Of a stretch of DNA of 64,000 bases, positions 47,285 through 56,621 are shown piece by piece. Each line of letters begins with the position of its first letter. Position 1 is the first letter of the stretch. Under the pieces are notes generated by a model. The model saw nothing but the letters and a program-made list of their open reading frames with translations. It did no database searches and was not told the origin of the DNA. The position numbers and the translations under genes were made by a program. The DNA comes from an uncultured Verrucomicrobiae bacterium (lineage in GTDB: Bacteria > Verrucomicrobiota > Verrucomicrobiia > Chthoniobacterales > UBA10450): NCBI GenBank assembly GCA_963728955.1, contig CAVSMG010000019.1:104275-168274 (forward strand), read 5' to 3'.

Positions 47285-47632
47285 AACCACGAATTCACCA
47301 GCCTTCACATCGTTACGGCTTGGCAAGCACGAATGGGACATCAATGTTTACGGAAAGTGGACGACCAAGTTCTGCCCGTGATATCCCGTTTTGTAACCAC
47401 GAATTCACCAGCCTTCACATCGTTACGGCTTGGCAAGCACGAATGGACACCAATTGGCAGACAATCAGACAACCACGGATGATACGGATTTCACGGATGG
47501 TCGAAGAATGACGAAGCAGGACTCTGGCTGCTTGTAACCACGAATTCACCAGCCTTCACATCGTTACGGCTTGGCAAGCACGAATGGACACCAATTGGCA
47601 GACAATCAGACAACCACGGATGATACGGATTT
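47285..47632. repeat. Three tandem copies of a 56-bp core (AACCACGAATTCACCAGCCTTCACATCGTTACGGCTTGGCAAGCACGAATGG) with variable tails
   Basis: Copies start at 47285, 47395 and 47536, giving periods of 110 and 141 bp. Copies 2 and 3 share a further roughly 40 bp (ACACCAATTGGCAGACAATCAGACAACCACGGATGATACGGATTT). Confidence 0.8.
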
Positions 47633-47674
47633 TGAAATTCGCTCTTTCCCAAGTCGCTCTTCGCTACCCTCGCC

Positions 47675-47931
47675 GTGATCGGCAAAGCGGATCGGCGCTT
47701 CTGGAGATCCTTCGAAAAATTACCCGTGCCTGTGAGAAGTTGGCGCGTGAAAAATACGCGCTCTGGAAGCGCGACCCCTATCACTCGTCGCTCCATTTTG
47801 AAGAGCGCCGCAACGGCGTCTGTGTTGTTCGTATCGGAGAACATTACCGTGCGCCAGGGCTGCGTGAACAGGAAGTCGTCGCCTGGTTCTGGATCGGCAC
47901 GCATGAGGAATATAACCGATTCCGGTTTTGA
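47675..47931 (+). pseudogene. Small RelE/ParE-superfamily-like toxin (WFWIG-H-EY family), frameshifted in an A5 run
   Basis: GTG-IGKADRRFWRSFEK in one frame joins ITRACEKLAREKYALWKRDPYHSSLHFEE...RIGEHYRAPG...VAWFWIGTHEEYNRF in the next if the A5 run at 47725-47729 is read as A6. Confidence 0.5.
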
Positions 47932-47955
47932 AATAGCTGAGCTGTATTCAAGGAT

Positions 47956-48015
47956 GGGGCGTTATCTGTGAAACGCCATTTCGAACAGGTCGGCGTCTGA
48001 CACAGACGCCCTACA
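47956..48015. repeat. REP element, TGTAGGGCG family, inverse orientation
   Basis: The reverse complement reads TGTAGGGCGTCTGTGTCAGACGCC-GACCTGTTCGAAATGGC-GTTTCACAGATAACGCCCC. Confidence 0.75.
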
Positions 48016-48021
48016 ATGTTA

Positions 48022-48047
48022 GCGTCCATTGGCGTCCATTAGTGGTT
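48022..48047. repeat. Decamer array variant (AATGGACGCC units), inverse orientation
   Basis: GCGTCCATTGGCGTCCATTAGTGGTT. Its reverse complement is AACCACTAATGGACGCCAATGGACGC. Confidence 0.55.
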
Positions 48048-48164
48048 GAGTTTTTTGGCGGATGAAGTGGGTGAACACACGCGAGGCGGATGGAGTTTTC
48101 GAATCAGACGTTGAATAAATCCGGGGGTGGGAAAGTCGAAGGCCTCGTAAACCTTTTCACGATT

Positions 48165-49997
48165 ATGAAAAAAATTCTCTTTGCATTAAGCATGCTGGCG
48201 TTTGCTGTGTCTGCTCTTCCGCAGGCGCGGGGAGCGGATGTATCGACCGATTTCTTTTACGACAATCTTTCCGGGGGTAACTGGATCGACGTTGAAGGCT
48301 ACGGATACGGCTGGCAACCGGACCTCGCGGTGAGCGATCCAAACTGGCGCCCTTACGCAGATGGATACTGGGCGTACACCGATTACGGTTGGACGTGGAT
48401 CAGCTATGAGGATTTTGGCTGGGCCACGTATCACTACGGTCGCTGGGCCAATCTCGGAGACTACGGCTGGGTCTGGTTCCCGGGAAGCGATCTGGACTGG
48501 GGACCGGCGTGGGTCTCATGGCGAACCGGTGGCGATTACATCGGCTGGGCGCCTTTGCCTCCGCGCGGACCGGGCGTTGTCTATGAAGGGCAACCGATCG
48601 GTGCAAACGTGGACATCACGTTCGGTATCGGCCCGGAATATTACAACTTTTGCGACGTGCGGTTTATCGGCGAACCGGTTCTGCGCGATCGCATTTTTCC
48701 GCCGGTGCAAAACATCACCTACATCACCAACACGGTGAACGTGACCAACATCACCGTGCAGAACAACGTGGTGTACAATTACGGCCCGAATTTCAACGTC
48801 GTTAACCAATACTCGAGCCGGCCGATTCAGCGGCTTACCATCGAGCGGGAGACGCCGAATAATCTATCCGCCGCGGTTAAATCCGGAACCCTCACCAAGG
48901 TGCAGGGTAACAAGCTCCTGATTGCTGCGCCGACTAAGATCGCGAAGGCGCCGCCTACCGCGAAGCCACCGGCCGTAAAGGCGAAAGTTGCAGAGCCAAA
49001 ACTTGAGCGCGGCTGGAAGGGTGTTCCTAACAGAGCGGAACTGGAACAAAAGATTAAGAACCAAAATCCAAAGAACATTCCGCCGCCGACTCGCGCGGCT
49101 GCGCGCGAAGCGGGCAGCCCCGCGCCGGGCGTCGGGACAAGTCCAGCTGGCACGAGTGGCGGGGCCGAAGCTTCACCCGGCCCTCGCGGAAAGCGGGGAC
49201 GCGTGATGCCTGGTGCGACGGGAGCGCCCTCGTTAGGCGGGTCACCATTTGACCGCGGAAAAGGCAAGCCCGGCGCGCGGCCCGGAGCAAAGGCGATGCC
49301 GGAGGAAGGCGAAGGACGCGTTGCGCCTTCGCCATTTGAACGCGGCAAAGCTAGACCCGCCGTGCCCGGTGCATCGCCAAAGCCAGCCGTAAACCCCAGG
49401 CAGATCATGAGGCAGGACACAAATGTGCAAGGTTCTCCCGCTGAAAAAGAGCGCGGTAAGCCAGGAAGCGAAAGGCTCCGATCTACACCGTTTTCTGGAC
49501 AAGGAGGTGCCGGTTTGGACAAATCAACCTTTGGCGAGAGGGCGAAACCTGCCCCGACAAGTCAAGCAAACACGGAGCGCGAACTCATGGACAAATTAAG
49601 CGAAGGAAGAAGAAACACTAAGAAAGGACAAGATGGCTATGCTCAACCTCGCATGGCGCCAAATGGTGGAGGACCCCGCGAACCGCAAGGCGAAAAAGAA
49701 CGCGGCCAACCCGGAATCAACAAACCTCCCACCACATCGCCTCCCGGTGCAGGTGAACATGGGCAACGCGGCGGAGGTCAGCCAACTGGATTTCGTCAAC
49801 CTGGCACTCAGGCAGGTGGTGCAGGATCTGCGGATGCGCGCGGACAAAAAGAAAGAACGCAGGGCGCTCATGTTCAACCGCCACCGCCGCAACGAGGTGG
49901 GGTCCCTGGCAAAGCCGAGCGTGGCCAGGCACAGGAACAGCCGGAAGGCGGAAAGAGAAAACCGGAAAAAGGAACACCACCGCCAAGGCCACAATAA
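48165..49997 (+). CDS. Secreted DUF6600-like Trp/Tyr-rich protein with long Gly/Pro/Lys-rich C-terminal tail
   Basis: The signal peptide is MKKILFALSMLAFAVSALPQARG. WQPDLAVSDPNWRPYADGYWAYTDYGWTWISYEDFGWATYHYGRWANLGDYGWVWFPG...GPAWVSWRTGGDYIGWAPLPP follows. The tail carries repeated SPF(D/E)RGK and EKERG(K/Q)PG units. Confidence 0.7.
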   Translation: MKKILFALSMLAFAVSALPQARGADVSTDFFYDNLSGGNWIDVEGYGYGWQPDLAVSDPNWRPYADGYWAYTDYGWTWISYEDFGWATYHYGRWANLGDYGWVWFPGSDLDWGPAWVSWRTGGDYIGWAPLPPRGPGVVYEGQPIGANVDITFGIGPEYYNFCDVRFIGEPVLRDRIFPPVQNITYITNTVNVTNITVQNNVVYNYGPNFNVVNQYSSRPIQRLTIERETPNNLSAAVKSGTLTKVQGNKLLIAAPTKIAKAPPTAKPPAVKAKVAEPKLERGWKGVPNRAELEQKIKNQNPKNIPPPTRAAAREAGSPAPGVGTSPAGTSGGAEASPGPRGKRGRVMPGATGAPSLGGSPFDRGKGKPGARPGAKAMPEEGEGRVAPSPFERGKARPAVPGASPKPAVNPRQIMRQDTNVQGSPAEKERGKPGSERLRSTPFSGQGGAGLDKSTFGERAKPAPTSQANTERELMDKLSEGRRNTKKGQDGYAQPRMAPNGGGPREPQGEKERGQPGINKPPTTSPPGAGEHGQRGGGQPTGFRQPGTQAGGAGSADARGQKERTQGAHVQPPPPQRGGVPGKAERGQAQEQPEGGKRKPEKGTPPPRPQ

Positions 49998-50018
49998 TCT
50001 CGGCGAAATTATATCAGC

Positions 50019-50060
50019 GGCTCCGGAAGGAATTAATTCCGGAGCCGTTCTTTTATTATT
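50019..50060 (+). terminator. Rho-independent terminator
   Basis: GGCTCCGGAAGGAATTAATTCCGGAGCC hairpin followed by GTTCTTTTATTATT. Confidence 0.7.
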
Positions 50061-50130
50061 ATGAACGTGCGGCACTGCTCCGGAGTAGGTTTTCTCCGGT
50101 GCCGCTGTAGTCACGGAACGCACCGATGGA

Positions 50131-50205
50131 CTCGAAAACGCAAGCGCGAAATGGACGCTCGATTTGTCGGCCACGTTTTGGAGTGCGGCGTTGCTGCGCC
50201 GCTTT
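50131..50205. repeat. REP family 2 (CTCsAAAACG...CGTTTTGGAG hairpin), copy upstream of RayT
   Basis: CTCGAAAACGCAAGCGCGAAATGGACGCTCGATTTGTCGGCCACGTTTTGGAGTGCGGCGTTGCTGCGCCGCTTT. It is about 90% identical by eye to 50886-50959 and in the same orientation. Confidence 0.75.
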
Positions 50206-50271
50206 TCAACAACGATTCGCAACAGAAAAACGCGTTGTCTTTTTACGTCGACCCGAGCAGTCTTGATCCCG

Positions 50272-50838
50272 ATGCCTCAGCCTGCAATGCCGTGGCCGCA
50301 CGCACCCACGCATCAGCTCGCGGAAAGCGGCGCGTACTTCGTCACGGCTGGCACTTATCTTAAAGCACACCACTTCCACACAGCGCCGCGGCTCGAAACT
50401 TTGCAAGTCGAGTTGCTCAGTGTGACACGGGATTTTTCCTGGCAACTTGTAGCTTGGGCGGTTTTCTCGAATCATTACCACTTCGTTGCCCATTCTCCGA
50501 CAAATTCCGCAGACGCACGCAGTCTGTCACGAATGTTAGGCGTGCTTCACACGCGCACCGCTACATGGATCAATCAAGTGGATAACGCACCGGGGCGCAA
50601 GGTGTGGCACAACTTTTGGGACACCAAACTAACGTATCAGAAATCTTATCTGGCGCGGTTGAATTATGTGCATCAGAACGCAGTCAAGCATGGTCTCGTG
50701 CCGGTGGCGAATCAATATCGATGGTGTTCAGGTAGATGGTTCGAGCAAATCGCGTCACCCGCAACCGTGCGCTCGATTTATCGATTTAAGATCGATCGGT
50801 TGAGCATGCGGGATAACTTCGCACCGATCCTAGAGTAG
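50272..50838 (+). CDS. REP-associated tyrosine transposase (RayT / IS200-like Y1 HUH transposase)
   Basis: 188 aa from MPQPAMPW. It has an HUH motif (SNHYHFVAHSP) and a catalytic Tyr motif (LARLNYVHQNAVKHGLV), and is flanked on both sides by REP family 2 copies. Confidence 0.8.
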   Translation: MPQPAMPWPHAPTHQLAESGAYFVTAGTYLKAHHFHTAPRLETLQVELLSVTRDFSWQLVAWAVFSNHYHFVAHSPTNSADARSLSRMLGVLHTRTATWINQVDNAPGRKVWHNFWDTKLTYQKSYLARLNYVHQNAVKHGLVPVANQYRWCSGRWFEQIASPATVRSIYRFKIDRLSMRDNFAPILE

Positions 50839-50885
50839 CAGCACTTAACCTAAAGCGCTCGCCACAGCGAGCGCACTCCAAAACG

Positions 50886-50959
50886 CAAGCGCAAATGGGC
50901 GCTCGATTTGCCGGCCACGTTTTGGAGTGCGGCGCTGCTGCACCGCTTTGTGACCGCGT
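50886..50959. repeat. REP family 2, copy downstream of RayT
   Basis: CTCCAAAACGCAAGCGCAAATGGGCGCTCGATTTGCCGGCCACGTTTTGGAGTGCGGCGCTGCTGCACCGCTTT. It is preceded by the palindrome GCGCTCGC-CACA-GCGAGCGC (50865-50884). Confidence 0.75.
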
Positions 50960-50981
50960 GGGCCGCGGCATTAAATGCTAG

Positions 50982-52015
50982 CTACAACAATTCCGCAATC
51001 TGCACCGCGTTTAACGCGGCGCCTTTGAGCAGTTGATCGCCTGATACCCAAAACGAAAGGCCGTTCTCAAAAGCACAATCCAAACGCACACGGCCGACCT
51101 GACAATCGTCTTTACCAGCCACGCTGAGGGGCATGGGATAATGATTGTTGTGCGGTTGGTCCACCAATTCCAATCCGGGCGTTTTGGACAAAACTTCGCG
51201 CGCTTGTTCCACCGATACGGGCCACTCGAACTCAGCGCTTACGGCGACGGAATGCGCCCGGTAAACCGGCACCCGCACGCAGGTCGCCGAGACACGGAGT
51301 CTGGCAAATGCATGATCTTGCGCGTCTCGTCTTGCATTTTCACTTCTTCCTTCGTGTACCCGCTCTCGAGAAATGAATCGACATGGGGCAGCAGATTAAA
51401 CGCGATCGGATGAGGAAAAACCGTGGGTGGCGCCGGACCTGTAGCCGGGGGCGCTGACCCCGGCTCGTCCGAATTTCCGGCCGCCTCTCTCACTTGCCGG
51501 CTCAACTCTTCAACACCTCGCGTGCCGCTTCCGGAGACAGCTTGATAGCTCGCAACGAAAACCCGGCGCACGCGGAAAATATTATGTAATGGATACAGCG
51601 CCATCAGCATCACGGTCGTGGTGCAATTCGGGTTGGCAATGACTCCACGATGCAGCTGGAGGTCTTGTGCATTGATCTCGGGAATCACCAATGGCACGTG
51701 CGGATCCATTCGGAATGCCGAAGATTTATCGATCGCGATCGCGTCCGCCTGGCAAGCAATCGGGACATACTCTCGCGAAACGTCGCCGCCCGCGCTGAAG
51801 AAGCCGATGTCGATCTTTTCGAAAGATCCGCGACCGAGCCTTTCTATCGGAAGCGATTCACCATGAAACTGAACCGATTTTCCGGCTGACCGCGTTGAAC
51901 CAATCGGACGCAAAGTTGCTACTGGGAATTTTCGCCGCTCCAGCACGCGCAACAGCTCGGTCCCGGCGGCACCGGTCGCGCCGACAACGGCGATATGATA
52001 ACCTCCCATGAGCAT
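50982..52015 (-). pseudogene. asd: Aspartate-semialdehyde dehydrogenase, one 1-nt frameshift (possibly an assembly artefact)
   Basis: IAVVGATGAAG, IANPNCTT (catalytic Cys) and QAVSGSG lie in ORF 51239-52015. The sequence continues as (S)ATCVRVPVYRAHSVAVSAEF... in ORF 50982-51278. The break is near 51270. Confidence 0.85.
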
Positions 52016-52065
52016 CGCGATTGTAATGCTGTCACAGAATTTTGTCGCGAGCGGAAAACACTGGA

Positions 52066-52515
52066 ATGAAAACGATCCACGTATCGATAGGGCGTCAGCA
52101 GCTCACCGTAAATGAGGACGAGCAGCCGATCCGCACTTATCCGGTGTCCACTTCGCGATTCGGAATTGGCACGGAGGAGGGAAGCTTGAAAACCCCGACC
52201 GGCCGCTTTCGAGTGGTCGGGAAGATCGGCGGCGACATGCCGCGAGACACTATTTTTGTCGGCCGCGTCCCGCTTGAGCTTGGCGAAGCGTCACCTCCAA
52301 CCGAGGACCTGATTATGTCGCGTATCTTATGGCTGGACGGATTGGAAGAGCACAATGCGAATACGCGTGACCGGTACATCTACATTCACGGCACAAAACA
52401 TGAGAAGAAGATCGGGAGCCCTGCGAGTCATGGCTGCGTGCGTATGCGTAATGCAGACGTAATCGAGCTGTTCGAATTAGTGGACGAGGGGACACCAGTT
52501 GTCATCGAGGGGTGA
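52066..52515 (+). CDS. L,D-transpeptidase (YkuD domain)
   Basis: IYIHGTKHEKKIGSPASHGCVRMRNADVIELFELV, the catalytic His/Cys motif. Confidence 0.85.
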   Translation: MKTIHVSIGRQQLTVNEDEQPIRTYPVSTSRFGIGTEEGSLKTPTGRFRVVGKIGGDMPRDTIFVGRVPLELGEASPPTEDLIMSRILWLDGLEEHNANTRDRYIYIHGTKHEKKIGSPASHGCVRMRNADVIELFELVDEGTPVVIEG

Positions 52516-52580
52516 CTCGAATGGCTCCAAGGACCAAGATCCAGGTTCAAGGAGCATTCGGGGCAATACATCCAAAAAAC

Positions 52581-52610
52581 TTGACAAAAACGTTGTTGTC
52601 CGTGTGATCT
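52581..52610 (+). promoter_or_regulatory. Candidate promoter upstream of the mini-lipoprotein genes
   Basis: TTGACA (52581-52586), a 17-18 nt spacer, then GTGATCT. It overlaps the palindrome CCGTGT-GATCTT-ACACGG (52600-52617). Confidence 0.25.
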
Positions 52611-52651
52611 TACACGGGCAGTGCAGCTTGCAACGAAAGGAGGCGATATAA

Positions 52652-52774
52652 TTGAAACTACTAAAGGCGATCCTGATTGTGGCCGTTTTGGCCACTGCTT
52701 TGAGCTTTGGTGCTTGTGCTCAAAAGAAAGAGACAGTTACCACAAGCGCAGGGACAACGGGCTACTCGAAATAA
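52652..52774 (+). CDS. 40-aa lipoprotein (below the ORF-track cutoff)
   Basis: RBS AAAGGAGG is 8 nt upstream of a TTG start. The product is (M)KLLKAILIVAVLATALSFGA-C-AQKKETVTTSAGTTGYSK, with lipobox LSFGAC. Confidence 0.55.
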   Translation: MKLLKAILIVAVLATALSFGACAQKKETVTTSAGTTGYSK

Positions 52775-52884
52775 CGCGTCGGTCAGTTTTTGACGGCTCA
52801 AAAAACTGAAGAAAAGCATTGCTTCCCCTCGCTTCCCTGCCTAAACAGACCGGAGCAACCTGCGACGAAAGGAGGCGAGATGGA

Positions 52885-53004
52885 TTGAAATTTTTGAAAA
52901 TGATTATGATCGTGGCCGTTTTGGTCACGGCGTTGGGACTAGGGGCTTGTGCACAACACAAGGAGGTCGCTGCTCCGCCGATGGGGAAAACCTCGTCAAA
53001 ATAG
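52885..53004 (+). CDS. 39-aa lipoprotein, paralog of the preceding gene
   Basis: The same CGAAAGGAGGCGA leader and a TTG start. The product is (M)KFLKMIMIVAVLVTALGLGA-C-AQHKEVAAPPMGKTSSK. Confidence 0.55.
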   Translation: MKFLKMIMIVAVLVTALGLGACAQHKEVAAPPMGKTSSK

Positions 53005-53046
53005 ATCCGGTGCCCGCCTATTTATTGTTGGCCATTTCGCCCTAAA

Positions 53047-53079
53047 GGCCAGGTCGTGTTTCGGCCTGGCCTTTTTTTT
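53047..53079 (+). terminator. Rho-independent terminator
   Basis: GGCCAGGTCG-TGTTT-CGGCCTGGCC hairpin (one mismatch) followed by T8. Confidence 0.75.
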
Positions 53080-53139
53080 GAACCGATGAGTTCTGTGTAA
53101 CTCGCTTCCCAACGAATTTTTTTCCACTAGACTGCGCAA

Positions 53140-54655
53140 GTGGAGCTGACCGGCAAGACGCTCACTCTGGAGCAAGTGGCTGACGTCGCAATTCGTGGCG
53201 AGCACGTCACAATCTCGCCCCCGGCGCGCCCGCGCATTTCTGCCTCTCGCGAATTGATTGAGCAAATCGTGGCGCGGGATGCGGTTGTTTACGGCGTCAA
53301 CACTGGTTTCGGCAAGCTGTCTGACGTCCGAGTGCCAGGGAACGAACTGCGCCAACTTCAGCTGAACCTCGTTCGCAGTCACGCCTGCGGAATTGGCCAG
53401 CCACTTTCGGAATCCGAAGTCCGCGCCATGATGCTGCTGCGAGCAAACGTGCTGACCCTCGGTTTTAGCGGAATTCGTTGGGAGGTGATCGAGTTGCTTT
53501 CCGAAATGCTAAACCGGGGCGTGCATCCGATTGTTCCCGAAAAAGGCTCTGTAGGGGCCAGCGGCGATCTGGCGCCGCTCGCACATCTGGCATTGAGCGT
53601 TATCGGCGAGGGCGAGGCATTTTTTAAAGGCCAACGGATGCCGAGTGAAGAAGCGCTGCGAGGCGCCAAATTGGCGCCTCTGCGACTCGAAGCGAAGGAA
53701 GGCCTCGCTCTGCTCAATGGCACGCAAGCAATGCACGCGGTAGGGGGGCTGGCCCTCCTGCGCGCAAAACAGGTGGCGCACGTGGCAGATGTGTCCGGCG
53801 CGATGAGTCTTGAAGCGCTCAAAGGCACGCCGGTCGCATTCGATCCACGTTTGCAGGATGCGCGGCCGCACCCGGGACAGAAGGCGGTGGCCGAACATCT
53901 TTTGTCGCTCATGGAGGGCAGCGAAATCCGAGTGTCACATCTTACGGACGATCCACGCGTACAGGATGCGTATAGTCTCCGTTGCATGCCGCAGGTGCAC
54001 GGCGCGGTTCGCGGCGCGCTTGCCCATTGCGAAGATATTTTGCTGATCGAATCCGCCTCGGCGACCGATAATCCCCTTGTTTTCGCTGTAGCCGGGGGCG
54101 GTGACCCCGGCCAGGGCGAAGTAATTTCCGGCGGGAATTTCCACGGAGCACCCCTCGCGTTTGGGTTCGATTATGCGGCGATCGCGATCACGGATCTCAT
54201 GAGCATCAGCGAACGCCGGACGGACCGCCTCGTTAATCCTGACAAGAGCGAGGGTCTTCCGGCATTTCTTGCGCGGCGGCCCGGGGTGGAATCGGGCTTC
54301 ATGATTGCACATGTTGCGGCTGCCTCGCTGGTCAATGAGGCACGGGTTCTCGCGCATCCGGCCAGCGTTGATAACATCACGACTTCAGGCGGAAAAGAAG
54401 ATCACGTTTCCATGGGTATGACGAGCGCGCTAAAACTGCGATCCATCGTCGATCTTGCCGAAAACCTGGTTGCCATCGAGACTCCTGGCTGCCGCTGAAG
54501 GTTTGGAACATCGCAGGCCGTTGAAAGCCGGTCGCGGTGTCGAAAGCGCATTTGGTGTGGTGCGGAAAAGCGCGCCGCCGCTCACGCAAGACCGCGCGCT
54601 CTCTGGCGATATTGCGCGTGTTGCTGAAGCGATTCGCCGGGGCGATTTTGATTGA
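53140..54655 (+). pseudogene. hutH: Histidine ammonia-lyase, one frameshift near the C-terminus (possibly artefact)
   Basis: YGVNTGFGKL and GSVGASGDLAPLAH (MIO-forming ASG). ORF 53140-54498 continues as (E)LLAAAEGLEHRRPL...DRALSGDI in ORF 54455-54655 if the A at about 54481 is removed. Confidence 0.85.
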
Positions 54656-54668
54656 GAAGGGAATAAGC

Positions 54669-56336
54669 ATGAGTGGAAAGCGAATTATTCACGCGCCGCG
54701 CGGCACGGATCGAACGTGCAAAGGCTGGCATCAGGAGGCGGCCATGCGGATGTTGATGAACAATCTCGATCCCGAAGTCGCGGAGAATCCCGATCGACTC
54801 GTAGTTTACGGCGGAACAGGTCGAGCAGCGAGAAGCTGGGAAGCGTTCGACGCAATTGTCCTGTGGCTGCGCGAACTGGAAGACGATGAAACGCTTCTCG
54901 TGCAATCGGGAAAACCGGTCGGCAAATTCCGGACGCACGATGAATCACCGCGGGTTCTCATTGCAAACTCGAATCTGGTCGGTCAGTGGAACAACTATGC
55001 CGAGTTCAATCGCCTCGAACGAATGGGACTCACGATGTACGGACAGATGACTGCCGGTTCCTGGATTTACATCGGCAGCCAGGGCATCGTGCAGGGCACA
55101 TTTGAAACATTTGCAGCGGCAGGAAGAAAACATTGCGGCGGCTCGCTCGACGGCAAGTTCGTTCTAACCGGCGGCCTCGGCGGCATGGGCGGCGCACAAC
55201 CGCTTGCCGCGACCATGAACGGCGCAGTTTTTCTTGGGGTCGAGGTCGATCCGGCGCGAATCGAAAAGCGATTGAAAAGCGGCTACTGCGATAACATCGC
55301 GTGGTCGCTCGATGAAGCGCTCCAGTTGATCGATCAGGCGCGCGAAGATCGAAGATCGGTTTCAGTGGGTCTGGTTGGCAATTGCGCTGACGTCCTGCCT
55401 GAAATTGTAAAACGCGGGATTATTCCAGACGTGGTCACCGATCAAACCAGCGCGCACGATTCGTTGAACGGTTACATTCCACATGGGATGCCGCTGGAAG
55501 ACGCGCTCGCGTTACGCCGGAAAAATCCTGACGAATACATCGAACGGGCCATGCAATCCATGGCGGTGCACGTGGAGGCCATGCTTGAACTGCGAAAGAA
55601 GGGAGCAGTGACCTTCGACTATGGAAACAATATTCGCGCCCAGGCGCAAAAAGCGGGAGTAAAAGACGCGTTCGACATTCCGGGTTTCGTTCCCGAATAC
55701 ATTCGGCCGTTGTTTTGCGAAGGCCGTGGTCCGTTTCGGTGGGTTGCGTTGAGTGGCGATCCCGCTGACATCGCGCGCACAGACAAGCTGGCGCTTGAAT
55801 TATTTCCTAAAAACCAAACGCTGGCGCGCTGGATGAAACTCGCGAAGGAGCGAATTCAATATCAGGGGTTACCTGCCCGTATTTGCTGGCTCGGCTACGG
55901 CGAACGCGCTGAGTTTGGCGTTGCGATGAACGAATTAGTGAAGCGCGGCGAAATCAAAGCGCCCATCGTGATCGGCCGCGATCATCTCGACACCGGCTCA
56001 GTCGCATCTCCCAACCGCGAAACCGAAGGCATGCTCGACGGCAGCGATGCCATCGCAGACTGGCCACTCCTAAATGCGCTTATCAACACCGCAGGCGGCG
56101 CCTCGTGGGTGTCGATCCACAACGGCGGTGGTGTAGGCATCGGTTTTTCCCAACACGCCGGCATGGTCGTCGTAGCCGACGGCACCGACAATTCCAAGCG
56201 CCGCCTCGAACGCGTGCTTACGAGCGATCCCGGCATGGGCATTCTTCGCCACGCCGATGCGGGCTATTCTCGCGCCTTCGAATTCGCCTCCGCGCACGAC
56301 ATCGATATTCCAATGAAGCCGCCCGCGCGCGATTGA
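54669..56336 (+). CDS. hutU: Urocanate hydratase
   Basis: RAPRGT-like [18 protein letters not shown], the NAD site [14 protein letters not shown], and [18 protein letters not shown]. The start is placed at MSGKRI (54669). Confidence 0.9.
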   Translation: MSGKRIIHAPRGTDRTCKGWHQEAAMRMLMNNLDPEVAENPDRLVVYGGTGRAARSWEAFDAIVLWLRELEDDETLLVQSGKPVGKFRTHDESPRVLIANSNLVGQWNNYAEFNRLERMGLTMYGQMTAGSWIYIGSQGIVQGTFETFAAAGRKHCGGSLDGKFVLTGGLGGMGGAQPLAATMNGAVFLGVEVDPARIEKRLKSGYCDNIAWSLDEALQLIDQAREDRRSVSVGLVGNCADVLPEIVKRGIIPDVVTDQTSAHDSLNGYIPHGMPLEDALALRRKNPDEYIERAMQSMAVHVEAMLELRKKGAVTFDYGNNIRAQAQKAGVKDAFDIPGFVPEYIRPLFCEGRGPFRWVALSGDPADIARTDKLALELFPKNQTLARWMKLAKERIQYQGLPARICWLGYGERAEFGVAMNELVKRGEIKAPIVIGRDHLDTGSVASPNRETEGMLDGSDAIADWPLLNALINTAGGASWVSIHNGGGVGIGFSQHAGMVVVADGTDNSKRRLERVLTSDPGMGILRHADAGYSRAFEFASAHDIDIPMKPPARD

Positions 56337-56396
56337 AAGAGACGGCCGAGATACGGATACTTGCTCGCCCAGACGTCACTGATTACACTGTCATTT

Positions 56397-56621
56397 GTGG
56401 CTACCGTTACTGAAGTAGAGAAACTCGCCCTTGATTTACCCGAGAATCAGCGCGCTGTTCTTGCGGCGCACCTGCGTGGATCGCTTCCGTCCGTTCTTCA
56501 CGACGAAGACGAAGGCATTGCTGAAGCTCTACGGCGCGATTCCGAGCTTAGCGCGCACACGTCGCCAACAATTTCACTCGAAGAACTCGATGCTCAAATC
56601 GAACGCCGGCGCGGGAGCTGA
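56397..56621 (+). CDS. Addiction-module antitoxin (TIGR02574-like component)
   Basis: GTG start. (M)ATVTEVEKLALDLPENQRAVLAAHLRGSL...EELDAQIERRR. Its stop overlaps the ATG of the ParE-like ORF (TGATG). Confidence 0.55.
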   Translation: MATVTEVEKLALDLPENQRAVLAAHLRGSLPSVLHDEDEGIAEALRRDSELSAHTSPTISLEELDAQIERRRGS

